Source: the human T2T-CHM13v2.0 reference genome, Homo sapiens. Taken from it: DNA of 64,000 nucleotides. A program made the translations under genes and the position numbers. The notes under the pieces are model-generated. The model did no database searches and had not been told where the DNA came from. It saw only the letters and a list, made by a program, of their open reading frames with translations. The stretch lies in assembly GCF_009914755.1 (NCBI RefSeq), contig NC_060933.1; one strand, given 5' to 3'. The number at the start of each line of letters is the position of its first letter. The stretch's first letter is position 1. This document shows, piece by piece, positions 26,589 to 41,193 of the stretch.

Positions 26589-29006
26589 CAGGAATATCTC
26601 ATTTTATTGTGCTTCACTTTATTGCACTTCACATCACGTTTTTAACAACTTTGAGTTTTAGGGCAACCCTGCTCCAAGCAACTCTATGAGCATCATTTTT
26701 CTAACAGTATATGCTCACTTCATTTCTCTATGCCCCATTCTGATAATACTCACAATATTTCTAACTTCATTATTATTATTATATCTGTTATGGTGATCTG
26801 TAATTGGTGACCTTTGATGTTACTACTGTAATTGTTTTGGGGCTCCATGAACCACACCCACATAAGACAGTGAACTTAATTAACAAATGTGTGTGTCCTG
26901 ACTGCTCCACTGACTGGCTGTTGCCCCATCTCTCTCCTCTTCTTGGGCCTCTCTATTCCCCTGAGAGACAACTATAGGTCAGTTGAATTACATCTGTTAT
27001 GAACCCTACAATAGCCAACAAGTCAGCAAGTGAAAGAAAGGGTCACATGTCTCTCACTTTAAATCAAAGGCTAGAAGTAATTAAGCTTAGTGAGGAAGAC
27101 ATGTCTAAAGCCAAAATAGGTTAAAAGTTAGGCCTTTTGCACCAAACACTTAGCCAAGTTGTGAATGCAAAAAAAAAAAAAAAAAGTTCTTGAAGGAAAT
27201 TAAAAATGCTACTCCAGTGAACAAATGATAAGAAAGCAAAACAGCCTTACTGCTGATAGGGAGAACATTTTAGTGGTCTGGATAGAAGATCAAACCAGCC
27301 ACAGCATTCCCCTAAGCCAAAACCTAATCCACAGCAATTCACCAACTCTCTTCAATTCTATTATAAGAAGGTTGATAGAGGTGAGGATGCTGCAGAAGAA
27401 AAGTTGGAAGCTAGAAAAAGTTGGTTCATAAACTTTACAGAAAGAAGCTGTCTCCTTAACATAAACATGCAAGGTAAAGCAGGAAGTGCTAATGTATTAA
27501 TAGAAATTACAGAAAATTATCCAGAAGATATGGCTAAGTTCACTGATGAGTGTGGCTGCACTAAACAACAGATTTTCAATGTATATGAAACAGCCTTTTA
27601 TTGGAAGAAGATGCCATCTGGGCCTTTCATAGGTAAAAAAGAGAAGTCAATGTGTGGCCTCAAATCTTCAAAGGACAGGCTGACTCTCTTGTTAGCGGCT
27701 AATGCAGCTGATGACTTTAAGTTGAAGGCAATGCTCATTTACCATTCCCCAAATTCTAGGATCCTTAAGAATTATGCTAAAGATACTCTGCCTGTGCTCT
27801 ATAAATGGAACAACAAAGCCTGGATGGCAGCACATCTGTTTATAGCATGGTTTACTGAATATTTTAAGCCCACTGTTGAGACATACTGCCCCCAAAAAAA
27901 GACTTGTCTCAAAATATTGCTCACTGTCAATGATCTGGTCACTCAAGAACCCTGATGGAGATTTAGAAGGAGATTAATATTGTTTTCACACCTGCTAACA
28001 CATCAATCTGCAGTCCATGGATCAAGGAGTAATTCCTCCTTCCAAGTCTTATTTTTTTAAGGAACATATCTTGTGAGGCTATAGCTGCCATAGATTGTGA
28101 TCCCTCCAGTGCATCTGGGCAATGTAAATTTAAAACCTTTTTGAAAGGATTCACTATTCTAGATGCCATTAAGATCATTTGTGATTCATAGGAGGAGATG
28201 AAAACAGCAACATTAATAGGAGTTTGGAGGAAGCTGATTCCAACCCTCGTGAATGACTTTGGGGATTCAAGATTTTAGTGGAGAAAGTAACTAAAATTAT
28301 GCTAGAAATAACAAAAGAACTAGAACTACAAGTGGAGCCTGAAAATGTGCCTGAATTGCTGCAATCTCCTGAGAAAACTCAAACACATTGAGTTGCTTTT
28401 TATGGATGAACAAGAAAGCGGTTTCTTGAGATAGAACCTATTCCTGGTAGAGATGCTGTGAACACTGCTGAAATTACAACAAAGGATTTAGAATATTACA
28501 TAAACTTAGTTGATAAAACAGTGACAGGGTTTGAGGAGTTTGATTCCAATTTTGATAGAGAATTAAAATTGGGTAAAATGCTGTCAAACAACATTACATG
28601 CTATAGAAAAATCTTTCATGAAAGGACAAATCAACTGATGCAGCAAATTTCATTGTTGTCTTATTTTAAAAAATTTCCACAGCCTCTCTAATCTTTGGCG
28701 ACCACCACCCTGATCAGTCAACGACCATCAGCATAGAGGCAAGACCCTCTACAGCAAAAAGATTATGACTCACTGGAGGCTTAGATAACTGTTAGCACTT
28801 TTTAGCAATATTTTGAAATTAATGTGTGTACATGGTTTTTAAAGACATAACACTATTGCACACTTAATAGACTACAGCATGGTGTAAACATAACTTTTTT
28901 ATGCACCAGGAAACCAAAGAAACTTGTGTGACTCACTGTATTGTGAGATTTTCACATTATTTCAGTGGTCTGGAACTGAACCCACTCTATCTAGGAAGTA
29001 TGTCTG
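26589..29006 (+). mobile_element. Full-length Tigger1 (TcMar/pogo) DNA transposon
   Basis: TIR-like ends CAGGAATATCTC / GAAGTATGTCTG flanked by TA on both sides, 2418 bp long, with transposase remnants inside. Confidence 0.95.
27030..28390 (+). pseudogene. Tigger1 transposase, disrupted
   Basis: ORF 27404-27955 carries [36 protein letters not shown] and NNKAWM (pogo DDE motifs). Frameshifts, stops and an A17 run at 27169-27185 break the gene. Confidence 0.88.
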
Positions 29007-30854
29007 TATATATTTTTCTCATAAAACTCATAACTTAAGAATGGAATAATTTGTTGGGACTTCAGAAATTCCTTTTTAAATATCCAAGGTGATATTTAAA
29101 AAGTGATATCATTTGAAAAACTGTGAAGTGGAGTTATAAATAGGGAGAAAAGCAGATTCCCATGACTGTACTTGTTAAACAAAGTTTTATGTTATCAACT
29201 TTCTGAGTTACTTAATATATGCTATTTTATTCATTATCAAAAATTCATTTGAGAAAAAAGAGCTAGTTTTCAGCCCTGAGCACCCCCAGGGAGAGTCTGT
29301 GTTATGTATGTTGGCACTAAGCCCAGACATATCACAGTACCTGGACTATGGCTGATGTTTAGTAAATATTTGAGCTTACGGAATTACCTAGAGAGCTTCT
29401 CTATTTCACTTTTAGCATCTCCTTCTCTGCTTTCATCCATCCAAAATCTTTATTCTCCAAGTCACTTCAAGTATTGCCTTGTGTGGTCTCGTCTGCGGCA
29501 TAACCCCTTCGATGGCAAGATGTTTTATAATGGGGGTTTACGGCATTTCACTGAGGGTTGTATGCTGTGAAATGCATGGTAGCAAGATCATTTTTTAGGA
29601 ATGGCTGGAATTTACAAATTTTTCAAACTGTCTCTCCAAAGAGCTCTATTAGGTCAGTTTTATTCAGTGCTAGTGTCATTATTTTGGGAAAAACTCTTGG
29701 GTCCTTCCTGGTTCTGCTCCTAGAAGCTGACTTTAGAGCTCCCCGGAGAGCATAGTGGGTGAAGGAAGGGAGTAAATAATGGAGCTACCAACAGTAGAGC
29801 CCCAACAATCAGCACAAAAATCCCAGTAAGTATCCTGTTATTCAGTTCTGCTGATTTAGCCATGGGCAATGCAGAGGGCTGTGGGATGCCCTAAAGCCCA
29901 AGGTTATGGAACCTTAATCAATCTATTAAATTTAGATGCCCATAAGCCTGAAGGACAGGCTTTCTTCTTAAAAATCTTCTATTTCCCATGAGGAGAATTC
30001 TATAAATAGGTTTTTTCTAGTTGGAAAATATGCCGAAGGTAGTGGAGAGCAGGTTACAGTGAGAGACCAAGATAGGATTTGTCAGCTGCCACCTTTACTC
30101 TCTGCATCAGTTCATAAATGTGACCTTCATGAGCCCTCAACAAATGAGAGAGCCCTGGAGAGTGGTAAGTTTCTTAGGGGACGCCTACATCTCTAGCAAT
30201 GGAACAAAAGCACCATCATTTTCTTCACTGGAGAAACAAGTGGATTGCCTTAAATTTTTGAAAGTTATTTTACTTTTGTTTATTCAGGAAAACACACTAC
30301 ACTTTTGACACTTACTTCTAGAGAAATTCTATTTAAATGAACAGGAGGAAATCAGAGAGTTTAATAGAAAAAGATCAGCTTTGGTTTTAAAAGTGAATTG
30401 AAGCAAGCAAAAACAGCAAAGAAGCATGCTGTCATCATGAGGAGTTAGACTGCTAGAAGTAAAAAATAGTCTTGTGTTTGCACAGATCTCCATAATGTGC
30501 TTTGTACTGACTGTATGAGGCCGGCTTCAACGTGTTCTCATTTTTCTTCTCACTCATAAACCCGTGATTTCTAGTCCTTCACATAAAGACTAGAAGAGTG
30601 TATCTGAGCCCGACTCAGGGAGCAATTCTTTGGAAGCAGAACTGGCGTGTTTAAGACACAAAATGCGACTTTAGAGACCAAACTGCCCTGCCTCCCTGAA
30701 ATTCAGTCTCCTCATCCATGAAATAAAGGGTCCGACAGAGTCTTTAGGTTCCCTTTCAATTCTAAACCTAATGATGACAGCACTGTAGCTATTAGCCTAA
30801 CTTCCCCAGTTTGCTTTTTAAGTGTCTTCTTTTTTATTTATTCATTGGAGCATA

Positions 30855-31025
30855 TTGTAAAGAACATGGGCTTTGAGGTCAATAAACCTGGGTTTGAAAC
30901 CCCATTTGGCTCTTTCCTAGCTCTGTGACCATTGACAAGTTACTTAACCTTTCTGAGATTCGAATTGCCTCCCCTGAAAAATGGTGATATGGTATCAGTG
31001 ATGTGGTGAGGACTGGGTGAAATAA
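30855..31025 (+). mobile_element. MIR
   Basis: CTGGGTTTGAAACCC...CTCTGTGACCATTGACAAGTTACTTAACCTTTCTGAG. Confidence 0.75.
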
Positions 31026-33109
31026 GCTATATACTTGCTACTGTGACTGTATCACTGTCCATTTTAAAATAAATAGTAGGATTATTACCATTCACCAAAT
31101 ATTGGTTGGGTGCTCCAAGCTGGCCCCACGGGTTGTAAAGATAAACATGTCCAGTCCCTTTCTAAAGAAGCTCACAGTCTTTTGGGGAGATAAATATATT
31201 AATAATTTACACACTGTAGTGTATTTAATACTACAGTGACAGCATGTTCCTTACTGATTTTGCCATTTTCCCTTTTCCATATAAATTATGTGTTATCCTT
31301 AATTTTTTATCACTGGTCCTAGGTGGGTTTTTTCACCTGTTTCTTTTCCACTTAGTACTACATGTGCCAAGGTATTTATTTTTTTTCCTAGTTGGGACTA
31401 CCTAAATTCTCATTTCTTTACTTTCATTATTCAGATCTCTTATTTGTAAATTTTAGAGCCTCGCTAACTCAATTACTGATTTCTGGGAGAGTCATCTGCC
31501 CAGACAATTCCAGTTGTTCTGAATAGCATCTGAACCTTTCCGTGTGCTATCGCTAAGCAGTGGCTTTCTTGGCCCCTCAATTGCATCAGGTTTCCATGAC
31601 AACATGAGTTTCCACTGATAGTTTTAACTTCCGTAGCTCTGAATTCCCAGTTGTTTTTCTCCCCACTTTCTCCATTACTATACTTCAATCCCATATTTTA
31701 CTGAGCGGTACTCTGTAATTTTCTCTGTATGGCTTTAAATCTAAGTGTTTTAAATATGCAGGTGAAGTTTTTTTAAAACACGAAATGAATTTTATCTAGT
31801 ATGGGTCATTTAGATTCTTGAGAACTGTAGTTACAAGGACGGGAGAGCAGTGATTGAAATTATCTACCGTCAAGCTATGGCAAACCCACCTGGTCACATT
31901 CACATCCAAGGATAATTAATGGGTGTGCCACATGTTCATTAAAATTATGACTCATCTTATCACTTACCACGTAACCAGGAACAAACCTCTATTTTCACTA
32001 CTTTATGACTTTTCTATAAAAGGATTCTTGTGGAATGAAAAGCCCAGAGCGTTTCTCAGCTCAAAAACATTTTTTTCTTACTCTTTTTCTAACCTGTATT
32101 ATCGGTTTTTAATTCTTATTCTGGGAAGTTAGAAATCATATTAATGGTTTTCCCAGTGGATCCTACGTGAATTCTGAGGTATTTTTGCCTTTGGGGGGTT
32201 TTTCACACGTACTTTGTAAAACTTGGACCTGAAGATATAGTGCAAACTCCAGAATCAAAAGATCAATTACATCACTTTGGAGGATGAGTGGTGGAAACCA
32301 ACAACTGAAAGAAAAAAAGAAAGCAGTGGGCCTTGGGACATGCACATTGTCAAAAAAAAAAAAAAAAAAAAATTCAAGGGACTCAACTGAATCCTTTCGA
32401 ACGACACAAAAAAAGACAAGTGAAAAGCTGGAGTAGAGGAGGCTGAAGAACTAAACCAAGACAGAAAAAAAAAGAAGAGTCAGCAGGAGGTTCTCTTAGG
32501 CACAACATCTGCTTTCTATTGCTTTCATTTCAATTAAGGAATCATGCTCTCTAGCTTTAGGGTATCAGCCACATAAGACCCTTCTCTCTCATCTGTCCCC
32601 ATTCCAGGTATCTACCGTATTTCTCCATCTCTCTTCCTCTATAGCCATCATGCCTCTTGAGCTTCTCACCCCCTTACTGCTATATTGCTCCCATTGCCCC
32701 TTACCTTTCCGTAATGATTCAGCCATTCTCTGATCTTCCTCTGTAAATCAGATAGCACTTATAGCACTTAATACAGTGCCTGGCACAGAGTAAGGTGTCA
32801 AAAAGTTTGGCTACCATTTTTCATCCCTCTAGCCTGACTTCAAAAACATTTATTTTATCATATTTCCCACATAATTGTAACTCCTCATGAGTTCCTATCT
32901 CCAAACATAAATTCCTTGGCTGGATATCTGAGGCTCACTTTTAACTGGCCTCGACGTAAATTTTCAAGATCACCTCTCAGCATTGTTGTCTCTGACCCCA
33001 TCAGGCTGACAAATGGCTTTTGTTTAGGTCTCATGCATCCCTGCTCTTGCATCTTTAGCTAACTAGCACTTATATAACACTGGCTAACATTTATGCTTCA
33101 TCTCTTTTG

Positions 33110-33265
33110 TTTCTCATACCAATACTATACAATTTATATTATGATTTTTCATTTTACAGATTAAGAAACTAAAGCTTAGGGAGGTTGAGCAATTTATTTA
33201 AAATGACAACTAGGATATGGCTTAGCCAGAACTTGACCCAGATTTATCCAAGTCCAAAACTCTAA
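33110..33265 (-). mobile_element. MIR fragment
   Basis: CATTTTACAGATTAAGAAACTAAAGCTTAGGGAGGTTGAG. Confidence 0.65.
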
Positions 33266-35457
33266 ATGGTCACCAGGACTTCATTCTTTTCTCTAAGCAC
33301 CACCAACTGAAAAATCCTCCCTACTCGCAGTCTCACCTTTTCTCATAAGTGTCTCTTGACAAGTCGCAGAGACCTCAGTCTTTCTCTAACTCTTAATCAT
33401 TTGAAGCCACAATCTTCTACTGTCTTGGCATTTTTTTCATGTTGGATGGTTTGTTGTCCCTATTGTCATCCCCTCGATCATTTATTTCACTTGTCTATGA
33501 CAAAGATTGGTGTGTCTTTATTTTAATTATCAGAGTATCTAGTTTAGCACTTTGGGTGTAGAAGTTTACAAGAGGTAAAATGAATGAATGATTAGTATTG
33601 GAAGCATTGAGCTTTCAGCCGTATCTTTATTTTTCCTTTGAACACTTGGAAAAGATGTTTCTGCCAAACTCAGTGACTAAATATGAGGAGATAAATGTTA
33701 AGGGGCTGAACCAAACCTTCTTAAATCTTAACCTTGGGAATTCTGGCAAGAAACATCTGCCCTGGCTAAATGTGCTGCACATGACCAGATTCTCCGAATT
33801 ATAGAGCAGTATGTGACAAAAGAAACTAGAGAAAAGGTCTATGGGGTTCTGGCTTCATGTTCCCAGGACTGTTAACAAGGAATTCCTGTTGGAAGTAAAA
33901 AGGACACATCCGGCAGGCAAAAGCATCAACAGCTTTGCAGATCTCAGCTGAGAACTGAGCAGAGGCTCCAGGAATAACTGTGGACTATGAGTTAAAAAGC
34001 AAACCGCTCAAGCATGGGCTTTGTTTCCTACCTGCATGAATTGAACCTCTCTAAAGTCTTACCTCTGTGTAAATACTGTATCTAAGATATGCTAAAAAAA
34101 TATAGCCTGTAAGATAAGAGATTGTATATGGTGTTGGAAACCGCTGCATTGTCAGCACCAGAAAGCAAATTCAAACTTGTGGCATGAAATTAATGCATTT
34201 GTTACTCTTCATTTGTATTAAAGAGAATTTAATACAAATAGCAAAATTGAAGAGCTAACTTTCACACCTGCCACCCAAGCAGGGCTTTCTAGTTTTTGGT
34301 TGGTTGAATTTGGTCCCCCAGTATTCCAGAGCAGACTGGGAGTGACTGATTGCAAGCTGCTGTTAACAAGGCTCAGTGCTGTTATTGTCCTCAAGGGACA
34401 GAAGGGATTCTCTCTGGACTTCCAACTACCAGGCCAGGAGTGACCGTTAAAGAAAGAAGAGATGAGGCCAAGAGGAAGCATTAAATCATGTTGGGTCACG
34501 CCCCTTTAAGAGTGCAGGTACTGACTTGAGATGATTAACTGCACTGGCTATCAGTTTAAGTGGATTCAACCAGACAGGAAAAGAGAATTTGAATGGGACC
34601 ACTTAAATGGTCAAGAATTCAAGAGCTGCTATATGAATTTTAAACAGAACTTGAATGCTTCGGATCCACAGAGTATTGCTTTGCTTTCTATTGATGCTGC
34701 CTCGGTCCTATGGAAGACAAAGTGGTAGCTTTAGTTAAACTGCACGTGTTCTAGTCCCTGAAAAGTTGAGTTTTATCTTTGTATCACAAACTGCTGTGAA
34801 CGAGAGTCAGAAAATCCATCTTGCTTTTGTAGTTACAAATCGAGAAAAAGGCTTGATTGCACACCTCATCGGGGAAGATATTTATTATACCTACTGCCCC
34901 TAATCCTCGTGTAATGCTTCCTGTTCTCTGCTTTTTTATTTTTTTCCTTTGGTAAGCTAACATCAAATTCTTCCTGTTATCAGAATGTTTCTTTGTGTAT
35001 TCTATTTCTAAGGGATCCATAAGTAGTATAGGAAGGAAAATCAGAATATTAATGCTACTTGTTTTATTTTTATTCACTCATAGTATTCCTTTGGGCTGAG
35101 CCTTTGCATTTTGTTCTGTTTTTCCCCCTCAAATTCTGAGCTAAATCTCTTAATCTCTTTTGTGCATAAACAGATCTCCAGTGGGAGATTTAACTGCCAA
35201 CTTGAGAAGGACTAAAACATTTAAAGTTTCAGTACAGCCTCCCAGCTATGAGTAGTCCTAGTGGGTGTATCAAATACTGACCATTTTTGTAGCTTGTATA
35301 TTGTTTTTTAGGACACTGATTTTAGCTGGTAAAACTGAAAACATAATCATGTTAATTCATTGGCTTTAAACTATATTATGAAGGTTCCGTTGTGACCTAT
35401 TTATGATTGCAGAAGGCTGCGATAAACTACATTTGAGCTCTTAAAATTGTCATGCTC

Positions 35458-35720
35458 TGTTCTCACTCACAGGTGGGAATTGAACAATGAGAACACTTGG
35501 ACACAGGGCGGGGAACACCACACACCGGGGCCTGTTGGGTGGTGTGGGGCTAGGAGAGGGATTGCATTAGGAGAAATACCTAATGTAAATGATGAGTTGA
35601 TGGGTACAGCACACCAACATGGCACATGTATACCTATGTAACAAACCTGCACGTTGTGCACATGTACCCTAGAACTTGAAGTATAACAATAAAAAAAGAT
35701 ATTAACATTTTAAAACAAAA
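35458..35720 (+). mobile_element. 5'-truncated L1PA (PA5-7-like) 3' end
   Basis: L1PA 3' UTR with perfect 15-bp TSD AAAATTGTCATGCTC at 35443-35457 and 35721-35735. TT/AAAA target site. Confidence 0.95.
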
Positions 35721-37364
35721 AAAATTGTCATGCTCATGGCCTTTTCATCACTGTTGTCATATTTTTATGAGTATTCTCTAAAACTAGTCCTTTCTTTATT
35801 TATTCTTTATCAAACACAGGAGGAAGTGAAAATATTTTCATCAACATCCATTTTTTTATTCAACCGACTTTTCTAGGGGCCATTTATTTTCTTCTATGCT
35901 TTTGGTTGCTCTTCACTTTAACTTTAAACACTGCTGAACTGCAATGAAGGGTTTTCCAGGCTGAGAATCCATAACTCAGAGCCAGTTGTACACATTTCCT
36001 AGTCAGGAGACAACTCTGGGAGAGATGAATTGTTCGGCAGAAGGACAATTACCACTGAACAAAGGAAAAGAGGAACTAAAGAGTTGCTATAATGGTGGCA
36101 TTAGATATTTTTAACAAGCCAAGCTGTCCTAGAGATATAGATCTTCACTGGTATTTCCTGTTGATGATTTATGATATGGCTACATTGAGTGTCCTGTGGC
36201 CTCATATGCAGGAGACATTATTTTGATTTTTTTCTTTCATTTTTTGAGCTTCATTTTATTCCACAGAGCACAATCAAAGAAAGCCAGAGAGGTTCCTGAT
36301 TAATATACCACATTCCATCTGAGCAGGTTCCTTTGGTTGAAGAAGAAGAGGGAAGGGGGACTGTTAAGGTTCGTATGGTAGAACAATAATAAACAACACC
36401 AGCACTAAATCATTCTCATCTTTACTGAAATACTATCTTTTACTCCTCAGTATAATTTCTCCTTTTCTATGTTCTTCTTCCCAACTGTTGAAATCAGCGT
36501 AAAACTCGACATTAAAATAATTTTTGATTTATCTCTTCAATTGTGCCAGATATTTTCAAATAGATCATAATTTCATTAACATCTCAGCAGCCCTAGGAAA
36601 TACTTAGAATCATTAAATCCATTACAGAAACTTACACATCACATATTTGGTAACTGACAAAATCAGAATTCAAGCCAGAGCAGTCAGGATTAAAACTCAA
36701 AAGTCATATACTTCCCATTACATGATGCTAAAATCTTTCTGAATTTCTCTATATAATATACATTATAACTAAAAAGAAGAATTTCAGTATGCCAATAACT
36801 CATCCGGGGTACACTTCCTTTAAAAACTCCAAGCTAAACTAGATGATATTTTTGCACTCTGGAGCTTAGGCTCATTCTTTTTTTAAAAATTGAAGGATTA
36901 TAGTTAAGCACCAGGATAAGAAAGGGCATTTTAGGACAAAAAGGAAGAGACTGTTTATGTTAACTGATGTAGAAACATTTCATGTTCAATTAGAAGCCTC
37001 TATTTAAGCCAAAGGAAAAAAATAGTTATTGTTTTGATGGCCTACTGTGATATTATAAAAGAAATCATTAAATCACATAACTCACAAAGAAAATGGCAAC
37101 CCTTCACCAGATGGATGGTAGTAGCATATAATCAGGATCCTGAGATCAGGTTTCCCCCTACTTTGGAATAAATTATGGGTCTGACGTTTGTTTTTAGTTT
37201 CTTTCTTTTTAAACTTCAAAGATTGTAGTCAGTGGTTTAACAACTAGAGCTTATGAGTTTCATTTTCATTGAGTAAAAGAGAACATTCTAATTTATTTAT
37301 TGACTCAGTACTAACCACTCCTGTTAGTGTTATATTTGATACTTCAGCTGGATTTTCTAATGTT

Positions 37365-37540
37365 TCAGTTTAGATTTTCCTAGAAACAGAGTGGAAGCAA
37401 GCATTTGAGAGTAAGTAGTTTATTTGGGAGGTGATCCTAGAAAATACCAGTAGGGAAGTGGAAAAGTGAGGCAGGGAGGAAATAAAGCCTATACTACATG
37501 TGTTTAGGAAGCCAGTTTCTACAGTAAGCAACTGTAGTGG
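37365..37540 (-). mobile_element. LTR33-like ERVL LTR fragment
   Basis: AAGTAGTTTATTTGGGAGGTGATCCTAGAAAATACCAGTAGGGAAGTGG. Confidence 0.6.
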
Positions 37541-37704
37541 ATATTAGTTCTTACACTTTCCAATGAGATTAGAAATTAAGATTAGGCATTTATAAACATT
37601 TGTAGCAAGTTGATAGTGACATGATATAAAAATAGATTTGTATTGTATTTTGCAAAAACTTTGGTTGGAAACAAACAAAAAAAAACTGGTACCTCAAAAC
37701 TGGT

Positions 37705-39605
37705 GAATTTTTGCTTTTCTGGCCTGAGTTTTAGTGAGATATCCAAAAAAGAAAAAAGACATTTCCAAGGCCAATGTCCAGGAGCTTTTCCCCTATGTTC
37801 TCTTCTAAGACTTTTATAGTTTTTGGTCATATGTTTAGATATTTTATCCATTTTCAGCAATTTTTGTGTATGGTGTCAGATAATGAATGGTTCCGTTCCA
37901 TTCGTTTGCAAGTGAAAATCCAGTATTCCCAGCTTTATTTATTTATTTATTTAGAGACAAGGGCTCACTCTCTCACCCATGCTGGAGTGCAGTGGTGTGA
38001 TCATAGCTCACTGCAACCACAAACTCCTGGGCTCAAGAGATCCTCCTGTCTTAGCCTCCCAAGTTGCTGAGACTACAGGAACACACCACCATGCCCAGCT
38101 AAACTTTTTTAAATTTTTGTAGAGATGGGCTCTCACTTAATTGCCCAGCCTGGTCTCAAACTACTGGCCTCAAGCAATCTTCCTGCTTAAACCTCCCTAA
38201 GTGCTGAGATTACAGGCCTGAGCCACTGCATCCGTCCCCTAACACCATTTATTGAAGAGAATATTCTTTCTCAATTGTGTCTTCTTAGTGCCCTTGTCAA
38301 AAATGAGTTGACTATATATGTTTAAATTTACTTCTGGGCTCTCTATTCTGTCCCATTGGTCTATGTGTCTGTTTCTATGCCAGTAACATACTGTTTTGAT
38401 TACCATAACTTTGTAATATAATTTAAAATCAAGAAATGTGATGCCTCAAACGTTTTATTTCTCAAAATTATTTTGGCTATTCTGGGTCTTTTATGGCTCC
38501 ATAGCATTAAAACAAATTTTTTCTATTCCTGTGAAGAATGCCATTGGGATTTGATAGGGATTCTGTTGAATCTGAATATTGCTTTGGGCAGTATGGACAT
38601 TTTAACAATATTGACTCTTCCAATCTATGAACACAAGTTATTTTTCCGTTTATTTATGTGTGTCTTTTTCAATTCATTTTACCAGTGTTCTATAGTTTTC
38701 ATTGTATATTTCTTTCACCTTTTTTATTAAACTTATTCCTAGGTATTTTTTGATGCAATTATAAATGGTACTATTTCTTGACTTCTCTTTTGGTTAGGTC
38801 ATTATGTGCATATAAAAATGTTACTCATTTTTATGTTGATTTTGTATCTTACAACTTTACTGAATTTATTTTTTAGTTCTAACAGTTTTTCATGGGATCT
38901 TTGGGGTTTTTAATATATATAAGATTATGTCATCTGCAGTAGAGGTAATTTTACTTTTTTCTTTCTTATTCGAATACCTTTTATTTATTTTTCTTGTCTG
39001 ATTGTTCTTGCTAGTACTTCCAATACTATGTTGAATAAAAGTGAGAGTGAACATCCTTGTCTTGGACCAGACTTAGTGAAAAGGCTTTCATTTTTTCCCC
39101 ATTGATTATAATGTGAGCTGTAGGTTTTTCATAAATGGCCTTTATCGTGTTGAGAAACTTTTCTTCTATATCTAAACTGTTAAGAGTTTTAATCAAAAAA
39201 GAACATTAGACTTTGCTGAATGCTTTTTCCACATCAATTGAGATGATCATGTGTCTTTTATCATTCATTCTTTTAATGTGATGTAGTATATTGATTAATT
39301 TGCCAATGTTAAACTGGCCTTGCATGCCAGAGATAAATACTACTTGGTCATGATGTAAAATCTTTTTGATGTGTTGTTGGGTTTGGTTTACTAATATTTC
39401 ATTGAGGATATTTGCACCAATATTCATCAGAGAAATTGGCCTGTAGTTTTCTTATGACACCTTTGTCTGGCTTAGGTATCAAGGTGATGTTAGCCTTATA
39501 AAATGTGTTTCAAAGTATCCTCTCTAGCTCTATTTTTTAGAAAAGTTGGTAGGATTCCGCTGTGAAGCCATCGGGTGCTGGGCTTTTCTTTGTTGTGTTT
39601 TTACT
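37705..39605 (-). mobile_element. L1M ORF2 segment, antisense, interrupted by AluJ
   Basis: Minus ORF 39206-39427 [17 protein letters not shown]...[11 protein letters not shown] matches L1 RT motifs. Confidence 0.9.
37934..38237 (-). mobile_element. AluJ
   Basis: Diverged Alu with (TTTA)n tail and J-type GATCATAGCTCACTGCA / CTCCTGGGCTCAAG. Confidence 0.92.
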
Positions 39606-40889
39606 TGTTCAATCTCTGTTTGCTGTTGGCCAGACTTGGAATTTAAAACAACTGTAATTAATATGCTAAGGGCTCCAATGGATAAAGTAGATAGCATGCA
39701 AGAAGGGATAGGCAATGTGAGCAGAGAGATAGATATTTTAAGAAAAAATTGGAAAGAAATGCTATGGTTCAAAAGCATTGTAACAGAAGTGAAGAATGCC
39801 TTTGATGGGCTTATTTAGTAAACTGGACATGGTTGAGGACAGAATCTCTGAGCTTGCAGTTACCTTGACAGAAACTTCCAAAACTGAAAAGCAGAGATCC
39901 TCTCTCTTTTACTTAAAACACAGAACAGCATATCCATGGAGTGTGGGACAACTATAAAAGGTGTGACATATGTGTAATGAAAATACCAGAAGGAGAAAGA
40001 AGAGAGACAAGAATAGAAGTATTTGAAACAATAATGACTGACAATTCTTCCAAATTAGTGCCAGACATCAAACCACAGATCCAGGAAGATCATAGAACTG
40101 CGAAGAAGATAAATGCAAAACAAAACAACAAACACAAAAAATCCCACACCTAGGTATATCATATTCAAACTACAGAAAATCAAAGATAAAGAAAAAATCC
40201 TGATAGAAACCAGAGGGGGGAAACCCTGCTTTATCTATAAAGGAGCAAAGATGAAAATTACATCCCACTTCTCTTCAGAAATCATGCAAGCAAGAAGACA
40301 GTGGGGTGAAATATATTTAAAGTGTTGAGAGAAAAAAAGCAACATCTTAGAATTCTGTATTTCATAAGATTATCTTTCAAAGTGAAGAAATAAGACTTTC
40401 TTAGACAAACAAGAATTGAGGAAATTTTTTGCTAGTAAATCTGCCTTACAAGAAATGTTAAAAAGAAGTTCTGTAGAGAGAAATAAAAGTATATATGTCA
40501 GAAGCTTGAATAGTCATGAAGACAGGAAGAGCATCAAAGAAGGAACATGTGAAGATAAAATAACTTTTTTATTCTTAATTGAGTTAACATAACAATTTAT
40601 TTAAAATAATAAGAGCAACAATGTATTTGATTACATGTTCTTACTTATATACGCTTATGATTATATTTGTTTATGTGTAAGTGAAATGAATGACAGCAAT
40701 GATACCAGGGGTGAGGGGGGTAATGAGGATGATTTCATTACTGTAGGTAAGTACATTGCCCTTAAAGTAGTGTAGTGTTATTTGAAAATATATTTGAATT
40801 AGTAGTAAATTTATATTGCAAACTCAAGGGCAGACATTAAAAAGGTGAGAAAACAGAAGTGTAACTGATATGTTAAAAAAAGGAGAGAA

Positions 40890-41193
40890 GGTCAAGCATG
40901 GTGGCTCATGCCTGTAGTCCCAGCACTTTCAGAGGCCTAGGTGGGTGGATTGCTTGAGCCCAGAAGTTCGAGACCAGCTTGGGCAAACCTGGCAAAACCC
41001 TGTCTCAACAAAAAAAAATTTAAAATTAGCTGAGCATGATGGTGCACACTTGTAGTTCCAGTTACTCAGGAGGCTGAGGTGAGAATATTGTTTGAACCAG
41101 AAGTTCAAGGCTACAGTGAGCCAGATCATACCACTGCACTCCATCCTGGGTGACAGAGCTAGATCCCGTCTCAAAAATTAAAAAAAAAAAAAA
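40890..41193 (+). mobile_element. AluJ inside L1
   Basis: J-type GGATTGCTTGAGCCCAG. TSD-like AAAAGGAGAGAA / AAAATAGAGAA. Confidence 0.93.

Noticed and set aside
32351-32372. Isolated poly-A run as a possible retrocopy tail
   Set aside because: No convincing TSD or recognisable upstream body.
34433-34517. Possible 85-nt exon (CCAG|...CAG|GTACTG)
   Set aside because: Mediocre splice signals, expected by chance in 64 kb.
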